43,724 nucleotides of DNA from Patescibacteria group bacterium (GCA_043815345.1 JBDRJA010000009.1:1-43724), one strand, 5' to 3'. Shown: positions 8,291 through 17,041, numbered from the stretch's first letter. Program-made: numbers and translations. Notes: generated by a model from the letters alone, not told the origin.

Positions 8291-8382
8291 ATAAACAAAA
8301 AACTGTCATTCTAAATAACAGTCTTAATTATAAATATATTATTTTCAAACACCAAATACCCCGCTACCTAACACCCTACTGC

Positions 8383-9969
8383 CTACTTTCTAATCTTCGG
8401 AGTTACCCAAAATCCCATATACTTACCGAACATTAATCTAGTTTGTGCTTCAAGGCCGGGAATAGCTCCAAATATGATAATGCTAATAGGTAATATTAAC
8501 CACTGGGCAATCATAATAATATTTTTACTAAACCCATAATTGCTTGGCTTTTTTGGCAATAATAAGGTTGACATAATGGCTGCGATTACTAAGCCAATCA
8601 TTGCAAAAGACATTAAGGTGCGAGTTACTAAAGGCAAATTACCGGATAATACAGTAATATTAAAGCGGTCCCCGCCAAGTATCATCGGCAGCCAACTTAT
8701 TATCCCAATAATTATAGCGTTTGTAGCCCATGAATGAAATCCATGAATCTGTACAAAAATTTTACTGATTATTTTTCTCTTTGGCAATTGGTTCCATCTT
8801 TTTATAGTATTGAAAATTAAATAGGGTACATTTTCTACTCCCCAACCCCAGCGCCTCTGCTGTTTATATAAACTTTTAGCAGAAAGCCTAATTGATTTGT
8901 CCATAGTAACATCCATGGAAATAGGAAAGTTTAGTGGTTCTACCCGATAATCACCATTATAATATAAATAGCAATGCCAAAAAATACGAGAATCTTCTGA
9001 AACCATATTAGTAGACCAAAAATCTATATCAATTAAGGCTTTAAAGGTCATTGAATGAGAAGAGTAAGTGGCTAATTTTTCATGCCTGATTTGCTGCATC
9101 ATTTGCCAAAAAGTATTTGAAGAAGCTGCTACTCGAGCAAAAAATGGAGCCTCCCAGACATTATTATGGAAAACTGGGATCGGCTGATAACTTGCTCGGT
9201 AAGGATCTCTAGAAGTAATAAATTTGTAAGTTAAAAGAGAGAAATAACCCTTCTCAACTACCGTGTCAATATCAAAAACGCTAACAATTATATTACCATA
9301 ATCTAGATTCTCTTGATCAATTATCATCTTCTTGGCCATTCTTCCCGCCCATGCCTGGTTTGCTCCCTTGCCTTTTAGTTCACCTATAATGTTACCAGGA
9401 TGATTAGTAATTAAAAAATGTCCAAATTTATTGCCAAATTCATTCTCAATAAACTTTGCTTTTTCCTTTGCCTCTACCCCAGCTCTTTCTTCAATGGCAA
9501 ATACTACAATCATTTTTTCTAATGGAAAACCATCATTAACTAAAGATTCAAAGCATGATCTAACTACTTTAAGGTCTTCATTGTAAGTGGGAAGCAATAT
9601 TAAATGAATAATATCATTCCAATTTTTACCCTGTCTTGCTAAAGAATCTGGCGGCAGCTTATCCAAGCCCTCTTTCTTTTCTAAATTCTTTAGGGCTAAT
9701 AGCCAGTCAACTTTAAGATTTTTTTTCAATCTTCTATATGCCGCAATTAAATGTAGGCTTAAATATAATACTAATAAAAGCCAATAAACATCAAAGGCGA
9801 TAATAAAATAAGCAACCCAGGTTGGCCTAAAGTAAGATAAAATTATCAAGGAAAGCAAAAGAAACCAGGACAAGAAACCAGGTAAAAACTCTAAAACCCG
9901 ATATAATTTTTTATCTTTACCGCTCAACTCTGTAGCTTTGCTAATTTTTAAATAATTCATATTACGCAA
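8383..9969 (-). CDS. Membrane-embedded processive family-2 glycosyltransferase, cellulose/chitin-synthase-like
   Basis: N- and C-terminal TM segments flank a cytoplasmic GT-A-like core with FDIDT, SEDSRIFW and the processive-synthase motif QQRRWGWG (Q-x-x-R-W). Confidence 0.8.
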   Translation of the reverse strand: MRNMNYLKISKATELSGKDKKLYRVLEFLPGFLSWFLLLSLIILSYFRPTWVAYFIIAFDVYWLLLVLYLSLHLIAAYRRLKKNLKVDWLLALKNLEKKEGLDKLPPDSLARQGKNWNDIIHLILLPTYNEDLKVVRSCFESLVNDGFPLEKMIVVFAIEERAGVEAKEKAKFIENEFGNKFGHFLITNHPGNIIGELKGKGANQAWAGRMAKKMIIDQENLDYGNIIVSVFDIDTVVEKGYFSLLTYKFITSRDPYRASYQPIPVFHNNVWEAPFFARVAASSNTFWQMMQQIRHEKLATYSSHSMTFKALIDIDFWSTNMVSEDSRIFWHCYLYYNGDYRVEPLNFPISMDVTMDKSIRLSAKSLYKQQRRWGWGVENVPYLIFNTIKRWNQLPKRKIISKIFVQIHGFHSWATNAIIIGIISWLPMILGGDRFNITVLSGNLPLVTRTLMSFAMIGLVIAAIMSTLLLPKKPSNYGFSKNIIMIAQWLILPISIIIFGAIPGLEAQTRLMFGKYMGFWVTPKIRK

Positions 9970-10009
9970 TTTGTTCCAAGTGCTTTGGATAAAACTAAAA
10001 AAATTCTAA

Positions 10010-10672
10010 CTATCTATTTATCTTTCGGCTAAATAACCAATCTCCTCCATGATACAAAATATATAATCCAATCGTAAAAACTACCCAATTTCTAAAATAA
10101 ATAACATTGTTAACATACATTAACAAACTTTTAAAAATTAATATAGGATGAAGAAAAAAATCCCAACTATTCCAACGGTCAACTAGGCCGATCAATACTC
10201 CAAGGGAAATTAAAGGAATTAATAGCCAAATAAAAATATTACTAATTTTTTTTCCCCAAATTCTTTCTATAAATTCTTTCATCTGATTTAATAATATAAC
10301 AAAAGCTACCCAGCCGATGGATGAATAAGTAAAAAACAACATTATCATCCAAGCCCCTTCGGGGCAAATTGCGTTTGAAAATTCTAATGGGCAATAATTT
10401 ATTAAATGCCTTATATCAGTAATAAGATAGGCTGTGTTAGGAATAAAAAGTAGCCATAAAAACCCAAGCATTACCGCTACTATTTTTTGGGAATGCCTTT
10501 TAAATTTATTTACGCGCCAATATTTATATAAAAACATAAACAAGTAAAAAGGAATTGCTAACAATAATAAATTCCACACCATAACTAAGGCCGGATAGTC
10601 GTTAATAAATAAGCTTTCTGGCCAAAAATCACTATGAAAAAATTTATTGAAACTTTGTGATGAAATATTCAT
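10010..10672 (-). CDS. Polytopic membrane protein, DUF1361-like
   Basis: Multiple TM helices. WNLLLLAIPFYLF and FIPNTAYLITDIRHL resemble the conserved DUF1361 blocks, recalled from memory rather than searched. Confidence 0.6.
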   Translation of the reverse strand: MNISSQSFNKFFHSDFWPESLFINDYPALVMVWNLLLLAIPFYLFMFLYKYWRVNKFKRHSQKIVAVMLGFLWLLFIPNTAYLITDIRHLINYCPLEFSNAICPEGAWMIMLFFTYSSIGWVAFVILLNQMKEFIERIWGKKISNIFIWLLIPLISLGVLIGLVDRWNSWDFFLHPILIFKSLLMYVNNVIYFRNWVVFTIGLYILYHGGDWLFSRKINR

Positions 10673-10857
10673 ATATTATAAAATATCCCGATTTTCGGGA
10701 CAAATATCAAAGCTATGATTTACTTTTAATTAATGGGCCTGTTGCCTAATGCCCGATTCCTTCCTGCTCCTAGAAAGGGTGGCTATAGTTTAAATCCTTT
10801 CCGACAAGCTTCGCGTGCAGTAAATAAGCGAATCGGCAAATTATATAAAAACAAAAA

Positions 10858-12783
10858 TTATAAAGCTACTTCGTCTCCTTCGTGGAATTCCTGTTCGTCT
10901 TGTGTTTGAGTTGAATCAACTTTATTTTCAATTTTATTGCTCTCTTTTATAATTTTGCTCCCCGGATCTTTGTTTTGCTTAAAATCAATTGGCTCCATTT
11001 TCAATGCCTTGTTAAGCGATAGGCCTTCTTTATTAATATCAATCTCTTCTTTATTGCCTTGCTTGTCGGGCCTGTTTGTGGTATTAAACGGCGGATTGTC
11101 TATTCTAAGCTTTCCTAGTTCCTCTACTTTTGCTTTCTTTCTTCTCTCAATTTCTTCTCTCCTTTCTTGGCGCAATATGGATAAGCACTCCTTGCAAAAT
11201 ACCGGACGTACTCCGTCTGGCTTAAAAGATGTTTGCGTTTCTTTATTGCAACGTGAGCAAACCGTCTCAAACTTATATACACCGCTATCAATGGGCCTAG
11301 CTTGCGATTCCCGCCCTTCTCTTATCTTTTTCTCTTCTATTTTTAAATTAGAAAAATTTTTTTTAATAGTTTTGTTTTGATTAAATTTACTGTCTCGATC
11401 CTTGGCGGGAAGAACCTTGTTATTGTTGATATTATTGTCACTTCTCACTGTCTGTTTTACAATTTTATTAGTAGATACTTTATCTTTTGTACTAATATCC
11501 TCATCAATATTAGTATGCCACCTTATTATTTTGTCTTCCACCACCTCTTTCTTTTTTGCATATCTTTCTCGGGAAACCTTAACAACTTTTTCAATATTAC
11601 CGGTTTTTTCCTCCTCACTTAAAGGCGGCAATCCTCGGGCAGAAAAAGGATCAGAGGCAATCCCGTCAATCATTAATTTTAAATAGAGTTCATACTTAGG
11701 CAGATTCACTATGTCTTCCTCGGTAAAAGTCGGGGTAAATTCCTTTACTAACTCTTCCGCATCAGTAGCCCCCACCCTAAAAACTAATAGTGTTCCGACA
11801 TTGCCAAAAACGGCTGGTCTAACAATCTCGCCCAGTTGTTCAATGTATTGGTTAGCCATAATTAAATTAAGGCGATATTTTCTAGCTTCTGATAAGATAT
11901 TAGCAAAGCTATCAGTTGTAAAATTTTGAAATTCATCAATATAAAGATAAAAATCCCTCCTCTCGTTCTCCGGAACATCGACTCTGCTCATAGCTGCTAA
12001 TTGAATTTTAGTAATCATCATAGAACCTAGCAATGAGGAATTATCTTCCCCAATCCTGCCTTTGCTTAAATTCATAATTAGGATTTTACCTTCGTCCATG
12101 ATTTGCCGCATATCAATTGAGGATTTAACTTGGCCAACTATATTTCTAATTAAAGAACTAGATAAAAATTGGCCTACCTTATTCTGGATAGGAGAAACCG
12201 CTTCAGAGGCAAACTTATCAGCATAGCCAGCAAATTCATTTACCCAAAAAGCCTTAACTACCGGATCCTGTATTTTAGAAATTACCCTTTTTCTAAAAGG
12301 CTTATCTGACAGCATGCGGGTTACCGCCAAAAGAGTTGAGCCTGGGTAATCTAAAATAGCCAATATTGAATTGCGCAAAATATATTCAAGGCGCGGCCCC
12401 CATGAATCCGCCCAAAGTTTCTTAAATACCCCGATCAAACCCGAGGCTACCAAGTGTCTAAGATGGGGCTCTACTTGCTCAACAACGTTAAAAGCAATCG
12501 GATATTCCATGTCCGCGGGATTAAAATAAATAACATCATTGACTCTTTCAGTAGGAATATATTCAATAACCTTTTCTGCTAAATCACCATGAGGGTCTAC
12601 TACCGCCACTCCTCTGCCGGCCCGAATATCTTCAATAATCATATTTTCCTGAACCGTTGATTTCCCCATGCCGGTTTTTCCAATTAAATACATATGGCGG
12701 CGACGGTCATCTACTTTTATTCCGAATTTACGCATTTGATTGCGAAAAGTCGTTAAAGCAAAAATTGTAACTAAGTCATCCAT
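10858..12783 (-). CDS. TraD/VirD4 (type IV coupling protein)-like P-loop ATPase without a TM anchor, with a low-complexity tail and a CxxC-x17-CxxC zinc ribbon
   Basis: Walker A GKTGMGKST at about residue 35, Walker B FYLYIDEFQNF, TraG/TraD C-terminal-like block SEARKYRLNLIMANQYIEQL...GTLLVFRVG. K/N/E-rich C-terminal 200+ aa containing CSRCNKETQTSFKPDGVRPVFCKEC (11185-11259). Confidence 0.8.
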   Translation of the reverse strand: MDDLVTIFALTTFRNQMRKFGIKVDDRRRHMYLIGKTGMGKSTVQENMIIEDIRAGRGVAVVDPHGDLAEKVIEYIPTERVNDVIYFNPADMEYPIAFNVVEQVEPHLRHLVASGLIGVFKKLWADSWGPRLEYILRNSILAILDYPGSTLLAVTRMLSDKPFRKRVISKIQDPVVKAFWVNEFAGYADKFASEAVSPIQNKVGQFLSSSLIRNIVGQVKSSIDMRQIMDEGKILIMNLSKGRIGEDNSSLLGSMMITKIQLAAMSRVDVPENERRDFYLYIDEFQNFTTDSFANILSEARKYRLNLIMANQYIEQLGEIVRPAVFGNVGTLLVFRVGATDAEELVKEFTPTFTEEDIVNLPKYELYLKLMIDGIASDPFSARGLPPLSEEEKTGNIEKVVKVSRERYAKKKEVVEDKIIRWHTNIDEDISTKDKVSTNKIVKQTVRSDNNINNNKVLPAKDRDSKFNQNKTIKKNFSNLKIEEKKIREGRESQARPIDSGVYKFETVCSRCNKETQTSFKPDGVRPVFCKECLSILRQERREEIERRKKAKVEELGKLRIDNPPFNTTNRPDKQGNKEEIDINKEGLSLNKALKMEPIDFKQNKDPGSKIIKESNKIENKVDSTQTQDEQEFHEGDEVAL

Positions 12784-12861
12784 AAATTATATTTATAGAT
12801 TGTTATATTATTTAAAAATATGATCTAAAAAAATCATACTGCTATATGACAATATTATTTT

Positions 12862-14298
12862 TTACCCAATTGGCAAATTAGCCGGTGGGGTTCCTTTAAT
12901 TATTGGCGCACTGCTTGCTTTATCACTCTTTTTGCTTTTATCTTCAAATATCGGTTCTAGCATTTGTTCGCTAACTATTTCCTCTCCAACTGGCAGATGG
13001 ATTGGAGGTACTGCTTTTCTTCCCGGCGCCTTCTGGATTAGGGGGGCTCTAACTACACTTTCAACCGGAAAATGCCAAAGGCTGGCTAACTCTTCAACAT
13101 TAAAAATACCTGGAAGTTTACCGGCCCAATCATCACGGTTAATATAATTTCTCATAATCCTATTTTTCTTTATATTAAGCCGCGCCTCTTTAAAAAAATA
13201 AGATGTTCTAGTTGATGTTTTTTTAAGATCTGGCCCTAAATTATTTAAGTCACTATAAAAAAATTGTTTCATAAAACCAACAAAGCCCCCAGCTACTTTA
13301 TTTTTATTCATCACCTCTCTCTTGGCTATATATACCATTCTTATTTTAAATTTAAAACCTAGTTTAGATATTTTTTCTTGGATAGCTTCAACTTGCTTTT
13401 TCTCCTTAGGTTTTAAATTCATCATTTTAAAGCGATTTTCTTCGGCCTCTTCTTTTTCTTTAATGTCCCCCCAAAGTTGATAAATTAACTCGCTAAAATC
13501 ACCTAACCATTTCACTGTTGAATTACTAATTTTATCAAGAATATTATCATCTGATTTAATTTTTTCTCCTAAAATTTTGCTTATCTCCCTTTCTCCCTCT
13601 TCGGGCCACTCAAAACCTATTGGAATTACAATTAGCTGATACCAAAAATTTTCACCTCCTCGTAAACTACTGCACATATCCATCAAAGAAGCTAAAGGAT
13701 CTTTATACATGGCTTCGGTTTCTCCTATTTGATCTTCAAAATCTTTGTAGGTTTTAATTGGGTAAGCAAAATGATTTTTTTGTATAAATTCCCAGCCGTA
13801 AACATCATATTCATCATCGGGGAATTTTGTTGGAAAACCTTTCGTGTAATCATCAACTTCAGTAATTTCTGCATCTGGATATTGAGCATATATTCCTGAC
13901 TCTACTAAATCCTTAAATTTTGTTGGCGTACGGACTAAAAATTGGGTATAACCTTCCATGCTAACAACTTCAAAGCTAAAAGATAATTGAAATTTACCCT
14001 CCCAATAAGTCTCAATTAAATTTAGAGTACCATGAGCGCCACCTAAATATGCAAAAAAATTTTCAACAGCTTTAGGGGTTTGTTCATTTCCTCGAGGAAT
14101 ATCAATAGCCAGTAATAAAAATTTTTGAGTTGGCCCCCACTTAGACCTAATATAATAAATCCAAACTTCTTTTGCTCCCCAAAGAAAAGCTAACGCAATC
14201 GGTATCCACCCAAATAATAAAAATGTCCGCCATAACATCATATCTATCGGCTGATTAAAAAAGTCTGTTATAGATGTAAAATCAATTACAATATCCAT
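12862..14298 (-). CDS. Uncharacterised membrane-anchored protein; upstream partner of the TraD-like ATPase
   Basis: 478-aa ORF with an N-terminal hydrophobic segment WRTFLLFGWIPIALAFLWGA. Blocks LLLAIDIPRGNEQTPKAVENFFAYLGGAHG and C-terminal FNVEELASLWHFP. 78-nt gap to the ATPase gene on the same strand. Confidence 0.7.
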   Translation of the reverse strand: MDIVIDFTSITDFFNQPIDMMLWRTFLLFGWIPIALAFLWGAKEVWIYYIRSKWGPTQKFLLLAIDIPRGNEQTPKAVENFFAYLGGAHGTLNLIETYWEGKFQLSFSFEVVSMEGYTQFLVRTPTKFKDLVESGIYAQYPDAEITEVDDYTKGFPTKFPDDEYDVYGWEFIQKNHFAYPIKTYKDFEDQIGETEAMYKDPLASLMDMCSSLRGGENFWYQLIVIPIGFEWPEEGEREISKILGEKIKSDDNILDKISNSTVKWLGDFSELIYQLWGDIKEKEEAEENRFKMMNLKPKEKKQVEAIQEKISKLGFKFKIRMVYIAKREVMNKNKVAGGFVGFMKQFFYSDLNNLGPDLKKTSTRTSYFFKEARLNIKKNRIMRNYINRDDWAGKLPGIFNVEELASLWHFPVESVVRAPLIQKAPGRKAVPPIHLPVGEEIVSEQMLEPIFEDKSKKSDKASSAPIIKGTPPANLPIG

Positions 14299-14424
14299 AA
14301 TTAAATATGAGCTATAAAATTAAAAAGGCTTAAAAAGGATAAATGCATTATATTCTCTCTTATGGACCTTATTAATCCTATTTGCCCTTTCACATATTTT
14401 ACCACATTAAACCATTTTACACCA

Positions 14425-14455
14425 AATAAAAATCGCCCACTTAGAGCGATTTTTC
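14425..14455 (-). terminator. Intrinsic terminator downstream of the sigma-r4/HARE-HTH gene
   Basis: aatcgc-ccacttaga-gcgatt hairpin (14431-14451). On the minus strand it is followed by tttttatttgg. Confidence 0.6.
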
Positions 14456-14506
14456 ATTTCATTAATATTATATAATACTTATTATCCAATGTTTGATGTA
14501 AATTAT

Positions 14507-15754
14507 TTATTCCAAGTTTTTTTTCTCATTTTCTCCTTGCTCCCCATTTTCTTTCTTTAAACTATATTTACCATTCGCCTTTACAAATATATCTTTATTT
14601 AATAATGAGAGTATTATGGTTGTTTTCTTAACTAATCGCTTAGCTAAAACTTTATCAATAATTTCATCACGTTTCATTGGTTCATTTTCAGCTGACAAAA
14701 TTTCTCTAATGACATCAGCTACAGTGCCACGCTTAAACCCCCAGTCCATAAGCCCGTAAATTCCCCTGCCAACCAAAACATATTTCTTGTCTAAAATAAG
14801 CTCATTATGAACCGTTGCGGCATTAGCTTTCTTTTTATCAAAATTTATCTGGTTAATCCGATCAGCAATTTGGATGAAATGCATAGGCTTTCCAAAATGC
14901 TTTAATATTAAATAAATCTTATCATTTATTGTCTTTGGCTTTATTTCTCTCCAATTATTGATTCCCCAATGGCCAAATTTATTTTGCTCAATATTTCTTG
15001 CCGCCCTTAAAAGAGAATATAATATTTTATTATTATTAATAATCTCTTCGTTTTCCTCAAATAAATCCCTTGCCAGAATTTTTGATATATTAATATTATT
15101 TGGAGTTTCTAATTTTTCCCTATATTTAGTGTAGCTATCCAGTTTAATTAGAATATCAATTAATTCCATGGTAGTAAAAGTCTTCTTAAGCTCTTCTATT
15201 TTTAAAGTCAATTCGTTAACTATTTCCTCTAAATGGCTTAATGTTTGATATTTTATTTTATATATTCCTTTAAATTTATCTAAATTGTTTACTTCCTCGC
15301 ATTCATCATGCAATAATTTAGATATTAAGAAATCCAAATGATTTTTATGAATAGTTTCATCTTTCTGCCTGTCTCCACTACCTTCAATTGAAAAGCTAAC
15401 AAGTAATTCAAATAAATATTCTCTTTCTAATAAACCGCCGTGCTCTTCTAGCAATTGGTTAATTACTTTTTTTAATACATCAATATAATTCGCTATTTTC
15501 TCAAGCTGGCGCAACTTTTTTATGCTTGATACTTCAATTTGTCTTACTCTTTCTCTAGTCAATTGATGAGCCCTTCCAACAGTTTCTAAAGTTTCCCTGT
15601 CATTTCCCTTTAAACCAAAACGACGAGTTAAAATGTCTCGTTCTCTAGAAGTTAGCTCGCTAAATATGTTATTAACAATTTCAATAGTATTTAATTTAGC
15701 TACCTCTTCTGCTTTTTGATTATTAATAATTTGGTCTAAGATAGATCTTTCCAT
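14507..15754 (-). CDS. Sigma-70 region-4-like HTH protein with a C-terminal HARE-HTH (RpoE-delta-like) domain
   Basis: N-terminal block LTSRERDILTRRFGL...ETLETVGRAHQLTRERVRQIEVSSIKKLR matches sigma region 4.2. The C-terminal block MHFIQIADRINQ...TVHNELILDKKYVLVGRGIYGL is HARE-HTH-like. No sigma region 2 is visible. Confidence 0.75.
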   Translation of the reverse strand: MERSILDQIINNQKAEEVAKLNTIEIVNNIFSELTSRERDILTRRFGLKGNDRETLETVGRAHQLTRERVRQIEVSSIKKLRQLEKIANYIDVLKKVINQLLEEHGGLLEREYLFELLVSFSIEGSGDRQKDETIHKNHLDFLISKLLHDECEEVNNLDKFKGIYKIKYQTLSHLEEIVNELTLKIEELKKTFTTMELIDILIKLDSYTKYREKLETPNNINISKILARDLFEENEEIINNNKILYSLLRAARNIEQNKFGHWGINNWREIKPKTINDKIYLILKHFGKPMHFIQIADRINQINFDKKKANAATVHNELILDKKYVLVGRGIYGLMDWGFKRGTVADVIREILSAENEPMKRDEIIDKVLAKRLVKKTTIILSLLNKDIFVKANGKYSLKKENGEQGENEKKNLE

Positions 15755-15990
15755 ATTCTAAAGCATTCCAAGAGCATGGGAAGCTTGATTTAAAAAATAA
15801 ATTTCTAATGTAAGTAAAATATTACATAATATACGTATTTCTATATATATGTAATTTACGTATGTTTTACTAATATAGCATAAATTATTATATGTGTCAA
15901 ATTTAAAAATAAAAAAAGCCCTATTTCACTAAGAAACAAAGCTTTCGAAGGTCATTACTTAATTATTAAAAAATACAGTAACATTACTCC

Positions 15991-16938
15991 TTAGTACCCC
16001 AAATACTGCACTTCTTCTTGAAGCTGTACTTTAAATCTATTTCTAACTCTCTGTTTTATATAGCTAATTAAAGTAACTACATCGCCGGCCGTAGCTTTTC
16101 CAGTATTAATAATAAAATTAGCATGTTCTAAACTTACTTTTGCCCCGCCAATAGTTTTTCCCTTTAAGTCTGCTAATTCAATAAGCCAACCCGCACCAAT
16201 TTTTCCTCTCTTAACCCTACCCTCATCTTCGGCTAAATCCGCTAAATTAGTATTAAATTCGCGTAAATTCGCGACTGACAAATTCTTAAACACACTCCCA
16301 GCGCTAGGTAGTTTTGGCTGTTTTTTATTTCTAAATCCCATACACTCATCAATCTTTTTGTTAATCTCACTGGCTTTAACTCTGCTCATTTTTAAAACTA
16401 CCGCCCAGATTATAAAATTATCATTTTCTTTAAAAATACTTTCCCGATAATTTAACTTACAGTCTTTATTGCTGAATATTTCGAACTTCTTCCTTTTTAA
16501 ATTAAATACTTCAACAGTCTCTATTATTTCTGACATAGAAGTGCCAAAAGCCCCGGCATTCCCTCTAACCGCGCCCCCTATTGTAGCTCGCGGTATCCCA
16601 GAAGCCCATTCTAGGCCTGCTAAACTATTGCTAGCCGCCATTGTAACTGCTCTTGCTAAACTTGCTCCTGCCCCGCAATCTAACCTATCTCCTCTTACTA
16701 TTATTTGATCATTGTTCATCTTTAAAACTAATCCATCTATTCCTTTATCATTTACTATAATATTACTGCCCCCGGCTAAAATAAAAACCTTTTGCTTTTC
16801 TTTTTTAGCCCATTGAAAAGCATCTGCCAATTCTTCTTTTGACTTCAGCTCAATTAAAAACTTAGCCGGCCCTCCGATCTTAAATGTGGTAAACGGCGCT
16901 AAAGGAATATTCTTTTGTATTTTAGATTCAATAGACAT
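15991..16938 (-). CDS. murB: UDP-N-acetylenolpyruvoylglucosamine reductase
   Basis: Family-typical N-terminus PLAPFTTFKIGGPAKFL, FAD-binding region ILAGGSNIIV, C-terminal MurB domain. dcw context. Confidence 0.93.
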   Translation of the reverse strand: MSIESKIQKNIPLAPFTTFKIGGPAKFLIELKSKEELADAFQWAKKEKQKVFILAGGSNIIVNDKGIDGLVLKMNNDQIIVRGDRLDCGAGASLARAVTMAASNSLAGLEWASGIPRATIGGAVRGNAGAFGTSMSEIIETVEVFNLKRKKFEIFSNKDCKLNYRESIFKENDNFIIWAVVLKMSRVKASEINKKIDECMGFRNKKQPKLPSAGSVFKNLSVANLREFNTNLADLAEDEGRVKRGKIGAGWLIELADLKGKTIGGAKVSLEHANFIINTGKATAGDVVTLISYIKQRVRNRFKVQLQEEVQYLGY

Positions 16939-16958
16939 CTTGGTTATTCACTTTAAAT

Positions 16959-17040
16959 ATAACATATAACCCATAACTTATAATTGGTGAACAGTGATTT
17001 TAACACGAGTTATAAGTTATGGGTTATAAGTTATTTAAAC
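16959..17040. repeat. Heptad-periodic palindromic spacer element, TTATAAC family, copy 2
   Basis: Perfect 18-bp stem: 16966-16983 ataacccataacttataa against 17010-17027 ttataagttatgggttat, with a 26-nt loop. Sits between the murB start and the mazF stop. Confidence 0.8.
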
Positions 17041-17041
17041 A

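Noticed and set aside
7725-8382. Replication origin (AT-rich and hairpin-dense)
   Set aside because: No cluster of DnaA boxes (TTATCCACA or its complement) was seen, and dnaA and dnaN are not adjacent. Isolated 7-8/9 matches elsewhere (for example about 5009, 14483 and 35356) are scattered.
10720-10850. SRP (4.5S) RNA on the minus strand, suggested by aggagcaggaaggaatcggg and ..ggcaacaggccc
   Set aside because: The universally conserved helix-8 arrangement (GNAR tetraloop followed by GGAAGCAG-type 3' strand) is not present in the right order. It is kept only as a generic ncRNA candidate.
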